Shown here one piece after another: positions 13,870 through 24,336 of a stretch of DNA of 64,000 bases. The position numbers were made by a program, and so were the translations under genes. Origin of the DNA: Selaginella moellendorffii (Eukaryota; Plantae; Lycopodiophyta); contig NW_003314262.1 of the NCBI RefSeq assembly GCF_000143415.4, positions 2,239,046-2,303,045 on the forward strand, read 5' to 3'. The notes beneath the pieces were generated by a model. It was not told the DNA's origin and did no database searches. It worked only from the letters and a program-made list of their open reading frames with translations. How positions within the stretch are numbered: position 1 is the first letter of the stretch; each line of letters opens with the position of its first letter.

Positions 13870-14883
13870 TCACACCTTGGAGGCCAGCACAAGACCAGCA
13901 ACTCCAAAGGTGAGAGCAACGCTTCCTCCATACTTCCTTCCAAACTCAGCAATGTTGGTGAAGGAATCGATGGCAGCATAGCCCTTTGCGTAGATTTCCT
14001 TGCCGACGATATTGTAGATGGCGCGAACTGGAGCAAGCACGGCCTGGTATGCGTATGGCAGGTACTCGGTTGCGCCGACAGCATCAAATATGGAGTCCAA
14101 GAACCACTCGCTGTGAGTCGATGCTAGAACATTGTTCACCATGATGCTGCCGGAGAGAGTGAGCGGGTTGTAGAGGCCTACCTTCTCAACCTTTTGTATT
14201 TCTGGAAAAGTAGCACAGAATCGTTAAATTCGAAACATCCCACCAATATATATGCTTTTTGCTTTCCTTACCAATGATTTGAGATGATTCCCACAGGGAA
14301 TCTCCAACCTTGAGGTCCTCGGCTCTCTTGTACACGAGCTTCCCATTGACAGCAACGGGAACAAAGTGGCCTGCAGTGAGTTCCAACATGTTTGAAGCGC
14401 TGTGCACTTGGAAAAACTTGGACATGGCATCAGCATCCTTGTGGCCGAAGGCATACACATCTGAATAGATATTCTTCCCCACTGCAACCTGTGGAAAAGT
14501 TATACTTGGACAAGATTTATGTGAAAGTATTCAACCTTGTCTCCAACATTAAGCTCCCTCACGAACTTAATTTCTCCATTATACATCTGAACAGTTGCAT
14601 CTCCTATAATAGCTTGAAAATTGTATGAAAGAAAAAAACGTGAATTCATATGAACCCTACCTGGGAAGCATCCTGGAGTGGCTGGAGTGGCTGGAGGGGG
14701 TGGAGTGCCTGGAGGAGGAGTGGCTGGAGGGGGTGGAGTGCCTGGAGGGGGTCTAGTGCCTGGAGGAGGAGTGGCTGGAGGAGGAGTGGCTGGAGGAGGA
14801 GGAGTTGGAGTTTGTGCCACTGCAACGCTTGCAGCGAAGGCAATGAAAGAAGTCAGGAAGATTAGAGCACTGGTATGAGCCAT
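13870..14883 (-). CDS. Secreted Pro/Thr-rich peptide fused to a Hedgehog-type Hint/Hog domain, copy 1 (279 aa)
   Basis: Exons 14883-14661, 14603-14536, 14488-14272 and 14201-13870 (840 nt, all GT-AG, open frame). Signal peptide; Pro-rich repeat; G|CFPGDATV; VRELNVGDKV; LELTAGHFV (TxxH); RAEDLKVGD; GLYNPLTLSGSIMVNNVLAS; then an SRR-like tail with a hydrophobic C-terminus. Confidence 0.93.
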
Positions 14884-16200
14884 TTCAAAACTGCTGGTCG
14901 CTAACACTCTAGGAGCAACCCATTTTATAGCAGAATGTAAGCATCTAATGTTTGGTTTCGTGCACCAAAAATTCAAACACAGGGGACATGTAACTAGTGA
15001 ATGGTGGTCCTAATTAAAAATATTGAATCCTTCTTATTTTGGTGAGAACCTAAATACCATCCATGGAGAAACTAAAGAGGAAAGTGTTTTTATTAAAATA
15101 AATTTGTGAGGGCCAAGTGTACAGCTATAATATCATATATTAATATTAGCATAGTGGGATTTTAGTAGCTGTTAAATTGGTTTCAATCAAGATTACTCGT
15201 TCTTGTATATAAATTAGGGTTTTTGGGCTAATTTATATGCACATTTCTATATTCCCTTTCTATATTCCAAACATTCACATTGGTGGAGATGAGGGGCACT
15301 TTTAATTGTCCCTAAGGAGTGTTTGGATTTAGAATTTTGGTTTAGATTTATCTTTTGCATCGTCTAGATCTAGGTTTTTCCATTTCCTTTCTTTTGTTCT
15401 TTCCTTTTAGGATTTTGGTTTGGATAGCTTTTTGCATTGTCTAGATCTACCATTTCTTTCTAGCTTTTTGTCATTTCTCTTTTTTTGCTCTTTCTTTTTC
15501 ATTCGTCTTCATGGCAAATCAGTAATCTCCTCCTTTAACTCTAGAGTAGTAGTTGGTACAATTGCTTGATGCTATGCACTTGCAATTGAACAATTAAACT
15601 CAATTGATGGTGGCATTCACGGCACGTGGTCCAACTCTTCTTGCTCTTCGTGCCAATCCTCACGTTCTGCTAAAGTTCTTTCATGGGAATCCTAGGGATG
15701 ATGTGTACCATTGGTTCAATCACTTCACAGTGATTGCCACATATCATTTTTGGGATGATGCTCGATGTTTATGTGAGTTTCCCACATGTCTCCAAGGGAC
15801 GGCATTGTAATGGTACAATGGTTTGAGTGCAACCACTCGTGGAGATTAGAGTGTTCTCCTAGATGTCTTTAAACGCGCCTTCGGACATGCCGATGACTAT
15901 GATGATGCCTTTCAACAATTGCATCGTCTTCGCCAAGGGCCATCTGAGATAGTGATGCAATTTGGCATTCATTTCCGAAGTCTTTTGCTTTGTGCGGATC
16001 CAAATATGTCGGAGCGGATCAAACTAGGAATGTTGTGGCTAGCACTTCGTCAAGATCTTGTCGGACTTGTGCATGCACTTGCTCCTGCCACCCTTGACAA
16101 TGCTCTTCGCTTGGCACAACGTTATAAGACGTCACCTCTTCCACTTCTCGCTGCACGTCCTTTAGCTCCACTTCCTATAGATGGTGGTCCTGTTTCAATG

Positions 16201-16803
16201 TGTAAGCTCCTGAGTTTAGACTTCTCGGGAGGTCACCCAATCTAGTACTATTCAAACCCAAGGACACTTAACCCCAAATATCCTAAGACTCTTAACCAAT
16301 TGGAAAAGGGGGTGCACTCTTATTCATAGGCCCTTTCCCTCTATATTTGAACCCTATAGACCATCTCTCAAGTCGTTCTCTTTGGTTGCTTACAATCCAC
16401 CACGCTTCCCTACAAGTTCACGCCCTCGTGAATGGAAGTTGAGAGCCGCAGCTCTCTCTCGAGCCCTGCTCTCTTGACACCCTACCCCTCGGGTCGAGCC
16501 CAGCGGGAGCAAACTGGACCAGCCAGATGTCAATCAATGTCAATCAACATGTGGTGCAATTCCCTTAGCCAACCAACAGAGTCAGACCCGAGACCGTTCT
16601 GATACCAAATGTAAGCTCTTGAGTTTGGACTTCTCGGGAGGTCACCCAACCCAGTACTATTCAAACCCAAGGACACTTAACCCCAGATATCCCAAGACCC
16701 TTAACCGATTGGAAAAGGGGGTGCACTCTTATTCATGGGCCCTTTCCCTCTATATTTAAACCCCATGGACCGTCTTTAAGGTCGTTCTCTTTAGTTGCTT
16801 ACA
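16201..16803 (-). mobile_element. Cassandra-like TRIM with 5S rRNA-derived sequence in both LTRs, nested in gag of element A
   Basis: 194-bp LTRs at 16201-16394 and 16610-16803, a 215-bp non-coding interior, TSD CAATG and an iMet-type PBS TGGTATCAG on the minus strand. The LTR minus strand reads GGTTAAGTGTCCTTGGG..TAGTACTAGATTGGGTGACCTCCCGAGAAGTC, resembling the 5S A-box/IE/C-box region. Confidence 0.9.
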
Positions 16804-18526
16804 CAATGGAGGTTGATGCTGTTGCTGCTTGAGTCCAAGGACAAGGGCGAGGAAGTGGTCGTGGCCGTGATGTTCGCTGTTGGGCATGTGATGAAGTTGA
16901 TCATACTTATTGGCATTATCGGCGTTTTCCGGATTGGCGACCTCCATTTCCTAGGTGGAGACTTTGGCATTAGCAACGTCCCGTTGGTGCTGCTGCAGTG
17001 GACAGTTTGAACACTGCGATACATCTAGGAAATGAGGAGTCGCATGAGTAACGGAGGGACCTTATGCGAATAAGTTAGTGACCCCTCCATCTTTCTTTCG
17101 GAAGTATCATCAAGGGGTTCACTCGGCACTGGTTCATTCAGTGTTTACTTTCCAAGCTCATTTTTATAACAAGAGGTCTGCTATTATTCTCTCCGTGTTG
17201 GTTGATATAGGTTCGAGTTTATCTTCTATTGCTCGACCTGTTGCCACAAGTTGTCATCTACACTTGCGTCATGTGGCAGATCCGATTTTCATTCTTTATG
17301 GCAACGGCCGTACACATGCATGTGCATAAGATGAGGTGGACCTGGTTGTGCATGTAGGCGATCTCGAGCTTGAGTTGTAGTCGTTGCAGGTGGTGCCGAG
17401 TCAAGCTTTTGACCTCATTCTTGGTATAGATTGGTTGCAGCACAATCATACCAAGTGTGATTTTGAGGCTTCTCCTCTTTGTCTCATACTTTCTTATGTT
17501 TCATCCATTCCTCTCACTTCCGTACCTTTTCGTCCCTTTACTTCTACCTCTGCTTCCATTACTTTTGTTTCCCCACTATTTCCTCCTATGTTTCCATCTT
17601 ATTCTACTCTTCCCTTTTCCGATCCCTCCGACGATATTTGTGTTGTAGCGGTGGACTGACTCATGAAGGAGTATTCTGATCTCTTTGAATTTGACTTATC
17701 ATCTGGGGCCAAGATTGCCACACGTCATCCAATTCCAACCAAGGATGCTTGTCCAATCAAGGTTCCCGTTCGTCTTCAGTCACTCCGCGACTTTTGAATA
17801 ACACCCTTCTCCAACATCTCTTGGATATTTGCCCGTAAAATCTTGATCTCCTTGGGTCCTTGGGCATTTGAACCTCATCTTGTGACAAAGCCTGATGGGA
17901 GTATTCATTTCTGTATCGACTATTGTCCGTTAAACTAAGTGACGATCCCAGATGTATACCCTATTCCTCACACTGCTAATCTCTTGGATCGTCTGGGGCG
18001 AAGTCGCTGGTTCACCAAGCTCGATTTTGCTTCTGGGTACTGGCAAGTACCAATGGCCGAAGTAGATATTCCTAAGACTGCTTTTCATACACCATTTGGT
18101 TTGTATGACTTCTTGGTGATGTTGTTTGGTTTGAACAATACTCTAACAACTTTCTAGCGGATGATGTATGAGGTTCTTTGCGATATGCCAAAGGTGACTA
18201 CTGAATTCATTGATGATGTCTTGATCCACTCGGAGGGGACGTGGGAGGACCACATTTATGATGTTTGTAAAGTGTTGGATCAGCTACGCGATGTTGGTTT
18301 AAAGCTGAAGCAGTCGAAGTGCATGTTTGGGTCCAAGGACACAACTTATCTTGTGTACCGTATTTCTCGTGAGGGTTTGCAAGTTGATCATAACAAACTT
18401 GTGGCTGTTCTAAAGTTCCCTACTCCGAAGTGTGTGAATGATGTGCAGCGCTTTTTGGGCAAGGTGCAGTATCTCGGTCATTTTGTGGATCATCTTTTTG
18501 ATCGCACTGCACCGTTGCGAGCGTTG

Positions 18527-19679
18527 TGTAAGCCACAAATTTTTCCTTTCTAATTTGCCAGCTTACCTCGTTTATCTGGCCAACTCTGCCTTGGCTTGTG
18601 CTAAGTTCCCTCGCCAAGGTTCTCGCCCATGGTACCAGCTCCTACTTGGTTCTACTTGGTTTCAGCTACTCACTGCATGAGCAACGGAGTGTTAGCCATC
18701 CATCTACAAAATCCCAAATCTCTCCCAATCCCCCTCCCCGAGTTAGACTGGACTTAAGGTTCGGCTACACTCCCCGCAGGCACAAGCAACCAAGCACACC
18801 AAACCTCCAGATTCCTAACACCCCTTGGTACCACAAGACTTGATCATGGGACCCTCTAAATCCCAAGCCTTGGGTGCAACACTTGCTTCGGGACGTCGGG
18901 GCGAAACACCATGGCCTAACGGCCCGGTATGGGTACCTCTACGCCCCCACTTCTCTCCCAAAGGGAAGGCCCAAGCCCCTAGGAAGGGCGAGGACCAATG
19001 AGCCACAAGGTACTCAAGTGGGGCACCACTCCACATGAGCCGGGAGCACCTTAGTCGGTTTCCCTTTCGGGAGTGGGAGCTGCTCTTGAGCACTTCCCTG
19101 GGTGGCCCCTCCGGCACCACCCAAGCCCATGCTCACTCCCACCCAAGGCCCCTCGGCCCCAATCTCAACCTCAAGTCAGTTTGGAAGCACTACTGGAGAG
19201 TTCCTTCAAGAATGGTTCCTAGACCTCACTATCCCTACTATACTTTTGGAACCCCCTGCAGCCCCCCCCCCTCCCCCCCTGGGAGATGCACACTTTGGGC
19301 TTTCACCCCTTGAGCTATATTAGTATTTGGACTTAGTCTCAGAATCGATCTCGGACTCGATCTCGGACCCGACTTCGGACTCGGTCTCAGACTCAATTTC
19401 AGACTCGATCTCGGACCCGATCTCGGACTCGACTTCGGACTCGACCTCGGACTCCGTCTTGGACCCGATTTGGATCTCAGACTTTGTCTCGAACTCGGTC
19501 TCGAACTCGGTCTCCGATTCGGCCTCGGCTCGATCCCGGACTCTATCTCGAACTCGGTCTCTGAGTCGGTCTTGGACTCGATCTTCAACTCGGTCCCATC
19601 CAATGAACTCTTTTTGTCATTTCGGTCATGCTTTCGGGGATCTTTAGCCTACGATATCTCGGGGAGTCGGTTCCTTACA
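18527..19679. mobile_element. 1153-bp solo-LTR-like insertion in pol of element A
   Basis: Ends TGTAAG..CTTACA with TSD CGTTG. Element B shows the empty site (GCGTTGCTGAAG). Confidence 0.88.
19327..19600. repeat. Degenerate 12-bp tandem array (about GACTCGATCTCG) inside the solo LTR
   Basis: About 20 imperfect units, visible directly. Confidence 0.85.
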
Positions 19680-22025
19680 CGTTGCTGAAGTCATCAATAT
19701 CATCTTTCACATGGTCTCCAGATTATGAGCAGATGTTTAAGGATCTCAAAGAGCTATTAACGACTCCTCCGGTTTTGGCATATCCTGACTACACTTGACC
19801 TTTTATTTTGCACATGGATGCTTCTGATATTGGTTTTGGAGATGTGTTGATGCAAGAGAGCTCGAGTGTGCTTGGTCAGCACCATCCCATTGCGTATATA
19901 AACCGTACATTACAACTAGCCGAAATGAACTACTCCACGACAAAGAAAGAGTGTTTAGCAGCAGTTTGGGGTTTCGAGAAACTTCATGTATATCTACATG
20001 GTTCTCGGATGTTACTTGAAGGTGATCATGCTATTGTTACTTCATTATTGAAGCGGAAGAACTTAGTTGGTTATACTGCTCAATGGGCTTTGAAGCTTTA
20101 GATATATGATTTTGATGTTGTTCATTGCCCAGGGAGTTCTTTGGCTGATGCTAATGCCCTTTCTCGAGCTCGTCTTCTTTCTCCATTTTCTTTTCATGTT
20201 TCTAATGAGCTTGTTGTTCCAGCCTCTGTGGATTTTCTAGACGAGGATTCTGTGCCGTCGGCGGTTGTTGTACTTGACGTTCAGTGTCCACAAGGCGCCG
20301 AGCAAGATCTACCTTCTCTTGATGAGGTTCACGAGGCTCAAAAGATTGAGCTGTGGATTCGAAGGCTTTGAGATGGGTTTGAGAATGTTGCATCACTTGT
20401 TGATGACTTGCCTTTCCGGCATTTACATTCTCAATATCACCTCGAAGACGGCCTTATTTATTTTGTGGGGACGAATCCTGACGATCATTTACAATTGGTG
20501 GTGCCTTCTATCTTTATTCCGCGGTTTCTCCATGCCTATCATGATTCTCCTATTCTAGATGGGCATATGGGACATCGTCGTATAATTGAGAAGTTGTGCA
20601 GGTTTTTCTATTAGTTGGAGATGCGACGTGATATTATCTGGTATGTGCGTCGCTACATTTGATGCCAAGCTTGTAATACTCCCCTTCAGGCTGCGGAAGG
20701 ACTGTTGGAGTCAATTGCAATTTCCCATCCATTTGAGTTGGTGGCATTTGATCTTATGGGACCTTTTCCACGGTCGACTGTTGGCAATGAGTATGTTATT
20801 ATTATTTCTGACTACTTGACTTAATTGGGTGGAAGTTGGTGCTCTTGCTAGCGCCTCTGCAACTTCTATTGGATACTTCCTCCTCAATCGAGTGGTGTTT
20901 TAGCATTCTTGTCCAAAGCAGATTCTTTCAGATAATGGTCCTGCATTTATGGCTGAGGCATTTCATGTTTTGACGTCTCGGCTAGGGATACGCCACACTT
21001 TCACGAGTGCTTATCATTCACAATCAGATGGTCTGGTGGAATGGCTCATTCAGACATTCAAAGGAATGATTGCGAAGTATGTGAACTTTCAGCATTCTGA
21101 TTGGGATGGTTATTTGCATCTCTTCGGTATGCATATATCACAGGGGTATAGAGTTTTGTTGGTGCTTCACCATATAAACTTCTATATGGTCATGATCCAA
21201 TATTACCAACGGAGCTGGGTTTACCTTCGCGATTGCCACGAGCTGTGGATGTTAAGTCGTGGGACTAGTATTTGACGAGCATTCTTCCATTTGTCTGAGC
21301 AGAGTCTACTGAACACTTAGGCCATGTATAAGTGGGACAACAACGGTGCTATAACTCCCATCATCGTCCACCTGCGGAGTACAAAGTGGATGATTTGGTG
21401 CTAGTCTGTTTTCCCCATCTTATAGTATGTGGTTTATCTAAGGGGCTCCTTGCGTAGTGGAAAGGACCGTATTGAGTGTTGCGGCAAGTTGGACCACAAG
21501 TTTATTAGGTTCGGCATGACGTCCAGCAGATCGATCCTCAAGAGATTGTGCATGTGCAACGGTTGAAACGCTTCATACAAAGGGATCAGGAGCAGTTAAT
21601 ACCACCTATAAATTTGTTAATGCCTCCTCCTAACGTTCCTCCAAATCTTGGCCTGTTTACAAGAGAACCCTGATAGTTTTCTATTATTTCGAGAGGAGGG
21701 GATGATGTGAGGGCCAAGTGTACGGCTACGATGCCGTATATTAATATTAGTATAGTGGGATTTTGGTAGCTATCGGATTGGTTTCAATCTGGACCACTCG
21801 TTCCTGTATATAAGCTAGGGTTTTTAAGCTAATTTATATGCACATTTTTGTATTCCCTTTCCATATTCCAAACACTCACAAATTAAGATTAGTTTAAAGT
21901 TGTTTTACATTTATTTCTCACACTACTAATTTTGGGTTAAAAGCTTGAAAACTTCAAAAGGTTGATTTATTCCTTTAAATACCGTACCAACTGAATTTAT
22001 TTATTCCTTTAAATACCCTAATCCA

Positions 22026-22841
22026 ATGTCGAAGGAGAGACTGGATCATGGCCTGGAGAAGGCGGTGAGTTTGTACAAAGAGTGCTCAGGCACAGGGAAG
22101 GGCCGTTTTCTAGTGGCAGACGATGTGATCTACTCTAGCTTTGAGAAATGGAGTTCCAACAATGAAGACTGCTGGAGGCTGGCCTTCCTCGAGGGAGAAG
22201 CGGGATCCGGCGTTGGCAGTGTCTACATATTTGGCGATCCCAGTAACGTCCACAACGAGACGAAGCAGTGGTTCTTCCACAAGCTATGCCGGCAAGTGGA
22301 GAGGCACTTGATGCTCACGAGCCCTGAGCTGGACATCCGCTCCTTCGTCCGGGTCCTGGGATCATCGAGGTTTGCGCTTGGTAACGGGAGCAAGGAGCCA
22401 GGCGCCTCTTTCTCCACGGCCTCGCAGAAGCATCCATTCCCTCGAGTTGTCCTTGAAGTGGCCTACAAGAACGAGTCTTTTGAGGTACTCGTCAGGGAAC
22501 TTAACCACTGGGTTCACTCGGGCTGTAAGCTCGCAATCAGGATACAAATCTCGTATGCCACCCTCAGCACTAGCAGCAGCAGCCTGCAACTGTTGTGGGT
22601 GCAGGAGGAAGCTGGCAAAGGTACACAGATTATAAATTTTAGTCCTAGCGTTTGCACCTTGGAAACAAAGGAGGATTTCTTGGTGTGGTTCCCGTTCAGC
22701 ATGCTTTCCAGCGATGTTCCAGACTGCCATGACATCCCACTCACGTTTGATCTGTATCAGCTCCAGTCGACGATCAAGGAGCTGGTGCAGGAAGAGTTTG
22801 ATATGTATCAGCTACAGTCGGTGATCAAGGAGATGGTATAG
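22026..22841 (+). CDS. Intronless PD-(D/E)XK (Uma2/Crinkler-REase-like) nuclease, copy 2; predicted catalytic Asp changed to Gly
   Basis: 271-aa ORF with PSNVHNE, GSSRF, KEPGASF (KEPDASF in the other copies), PRVVLEVAYKNES and LAIRIQI. Confidence 0.75.
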   Translation: MSKERLDHGLEKAVSLYKECSGTGKGRFLVADDVIYSSFEKWSSNNEDCWRLAFLEGEAGSGVGSVYIFGDPSNVHNETKQWFFHKLCRQVERHLMLTSPELDIRSFVRVLGSSRFALGNGSKEPGASFSTASQKHPFPRVVLEVAYKNESFEVLVRELNHWVHSGCKLAIRIQISYATLSTSSSSLQLLWVQEEAGKGTQIINFSPSVCTLETKEDFLVWFPFSMLSSDVPDCHDIPLTFDLYQLQSTIKELVQEEFDMYQLQSVIKEMV

Positions 22842-22984
22842 GAAGAGTTGGAGCAACCTTGTGAAGAATATGTCCTGCTCCTTAAATGAGGAACATCTTC
22901 AGTGGTTCTTTCTCCCAACTTAATCTTCAAGATGATTGAAGATTAGAATTAGTAAAATCTCTTGATTTAAATTTTATTAAGAAT

Positions 22985-23372
22985 TCAACGAAGATAACGC
23001 TGCTCACATTGAAACTCTAAAGAGCAAGATCGAAATTTCTGCTGTTGCTGCTGCTGCCGTGAGAGTGTCCAAATCTTTTCTCGAGATGCTACTGCCAGCG
23101 GTGCTGCTGGAGCTGGAGCTGCTGGAGCTTGACGATGGTGGAGTGGCAACGCTATCTGTGAGCGATGCATTTTGGACATCGATGGACAGCTTTTGGCCCC
23201 CTTGGCAGTGATTTGGAAAGCCACAGAGGAAGTACCATGATCCGGGGGCCTAGTCATTGCGATCGAAGTGTCACCGTTGTTGAAAGACTGGATCGGTGAG
23301 GCGCTGGAGCATCGGTCCCAGTCATCCTCGGACACTTCCAGAACGTCGTGCCGTTGGCTGTTGTACTTGAAA
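22985..23372 (-). pseudogene. Phytocyanin exon-2 remnant (exon 1 absent, frameshift after MTRP)
   Basis: Near-identical to exon 2 of 31377-32027 but shifts frame before the Cys/His ligands. Upstream homology stops inside the intron. Confidence 0.85.
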
Positions 23373-24336
23373 CCTTGCATGCATAGAAGATGCTCCCGTT
23401 AGAAAACTATCGAGTAGGACAGGAAGAAATCAATCAACAAAGCAAAAAACAGAAAAGGAAAAAGAAAAGAAAAGAGAACGGGACACAATAGTTTTTCCTT
23501 AACTAGTTTGTAATTAAATTTAATGTTAATAATTAAATACTTAGAACTGGCTAATGAGATTATTCGAGATTCTAGCAAATTTAGTAAGATTGCCTATTTC
23601 AAGCTACCTTTATTGGTCACAAATATATTACTCCATTGACTAAATTAGAAGCTCTTCCGAGCATTTCCAAACTGTGTTCACCGATTGGAGACAATCATTC
23701 CACAGAATTACGTCTTCACAGACACATTCCCTTTTTAGCCGTCTTGAGCAATAGATCATCAAGGTGGAGGCAAATTAAAACATGCATTTTAAACCTAATA
23801 AATACCATTGATGGCAATAGCTTCAAGTGGCCCACTAGATTAAAGGAACATACTTTAGATACTACTTGCCACCAAAAGTCTATGAATTTGGGAGGAATTT
23901 CGGGAGAAGACTGAGTGAGTGGGGGTGGGGCATATTTGCCGGGCGCTAATGACCCTATAAATATGTATTAATAACAATAATCATTGTGTGAGTGCCTGGA
24001 ATATGGAAAGGGAATACAGAAATGTGCATCCCAATTAGCCCAAAAACCCTAGCTTATATATAGGAGCGAGTGGTCCGGATTGAAACCAATCCGACGGCTA
24101 CCAAAATCCACTACGCTAATATTAGTATACGGCATCATAGCCGTACACTTGGCCCTCACATCATCCCCTCCTCTCAGAATAATGGAAGGCCATCAGGGTT
24201 CTCTTGTAGACGGGCCAGGATCTGGAGGAACGTCAGGAGGAGGCATCGGCGGATCTGTAGACGGTATTAACTGCTCCTGATCCCTTTGTATGAAGCGTTT
24301 TAACCGCTGCACATGCACAATCTCCGGAGGATCGGC

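Larger units (their letters stand above)
15105..21880 (+). mobile_element. Ty3/gypsy LTR retrotransposon, element A (old, many stops, two nested insertions)
   Basis: 175-bp LTRs at 15105-15279 and 21706-21880 (TG..CA), TSD AATT, PBS TGGTGGAG at 15281 (tRNA-Ala-like 3' end) and PPT at 21691-21705. Gag, protease, RT (FIDDVLI), RNase H and integrase remnants lie in gypsy order. Confidence 0.96.

Noticed and set aside
13870-14670. True intein or bona fide hedgehog gene
   Set aside because: No C-terminal His-Asn plus nucleophile splice junction and no Hedge signalling domain.
14650-14878. Gly-rich and Trp/Arg-rich plus-strand ORFs (also 29830-30055)
   Set aside because: Antisense shadows of the Pro-rich repeat of the Hog genes.
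16215-16275. 5S rRNA gene
   Set aside because: Only the internal promoter-like part is present, embedded in both LTRs of a TRIM.
19238-19688. Ser/Arg- and Ser/Asp-rich ORFs, and a superficially CRISPR-like periodicity
   Set aside because: Products of a 12-bp tandem array inside a solo LTR; there are no unique spacers and the context is eukaryotic.
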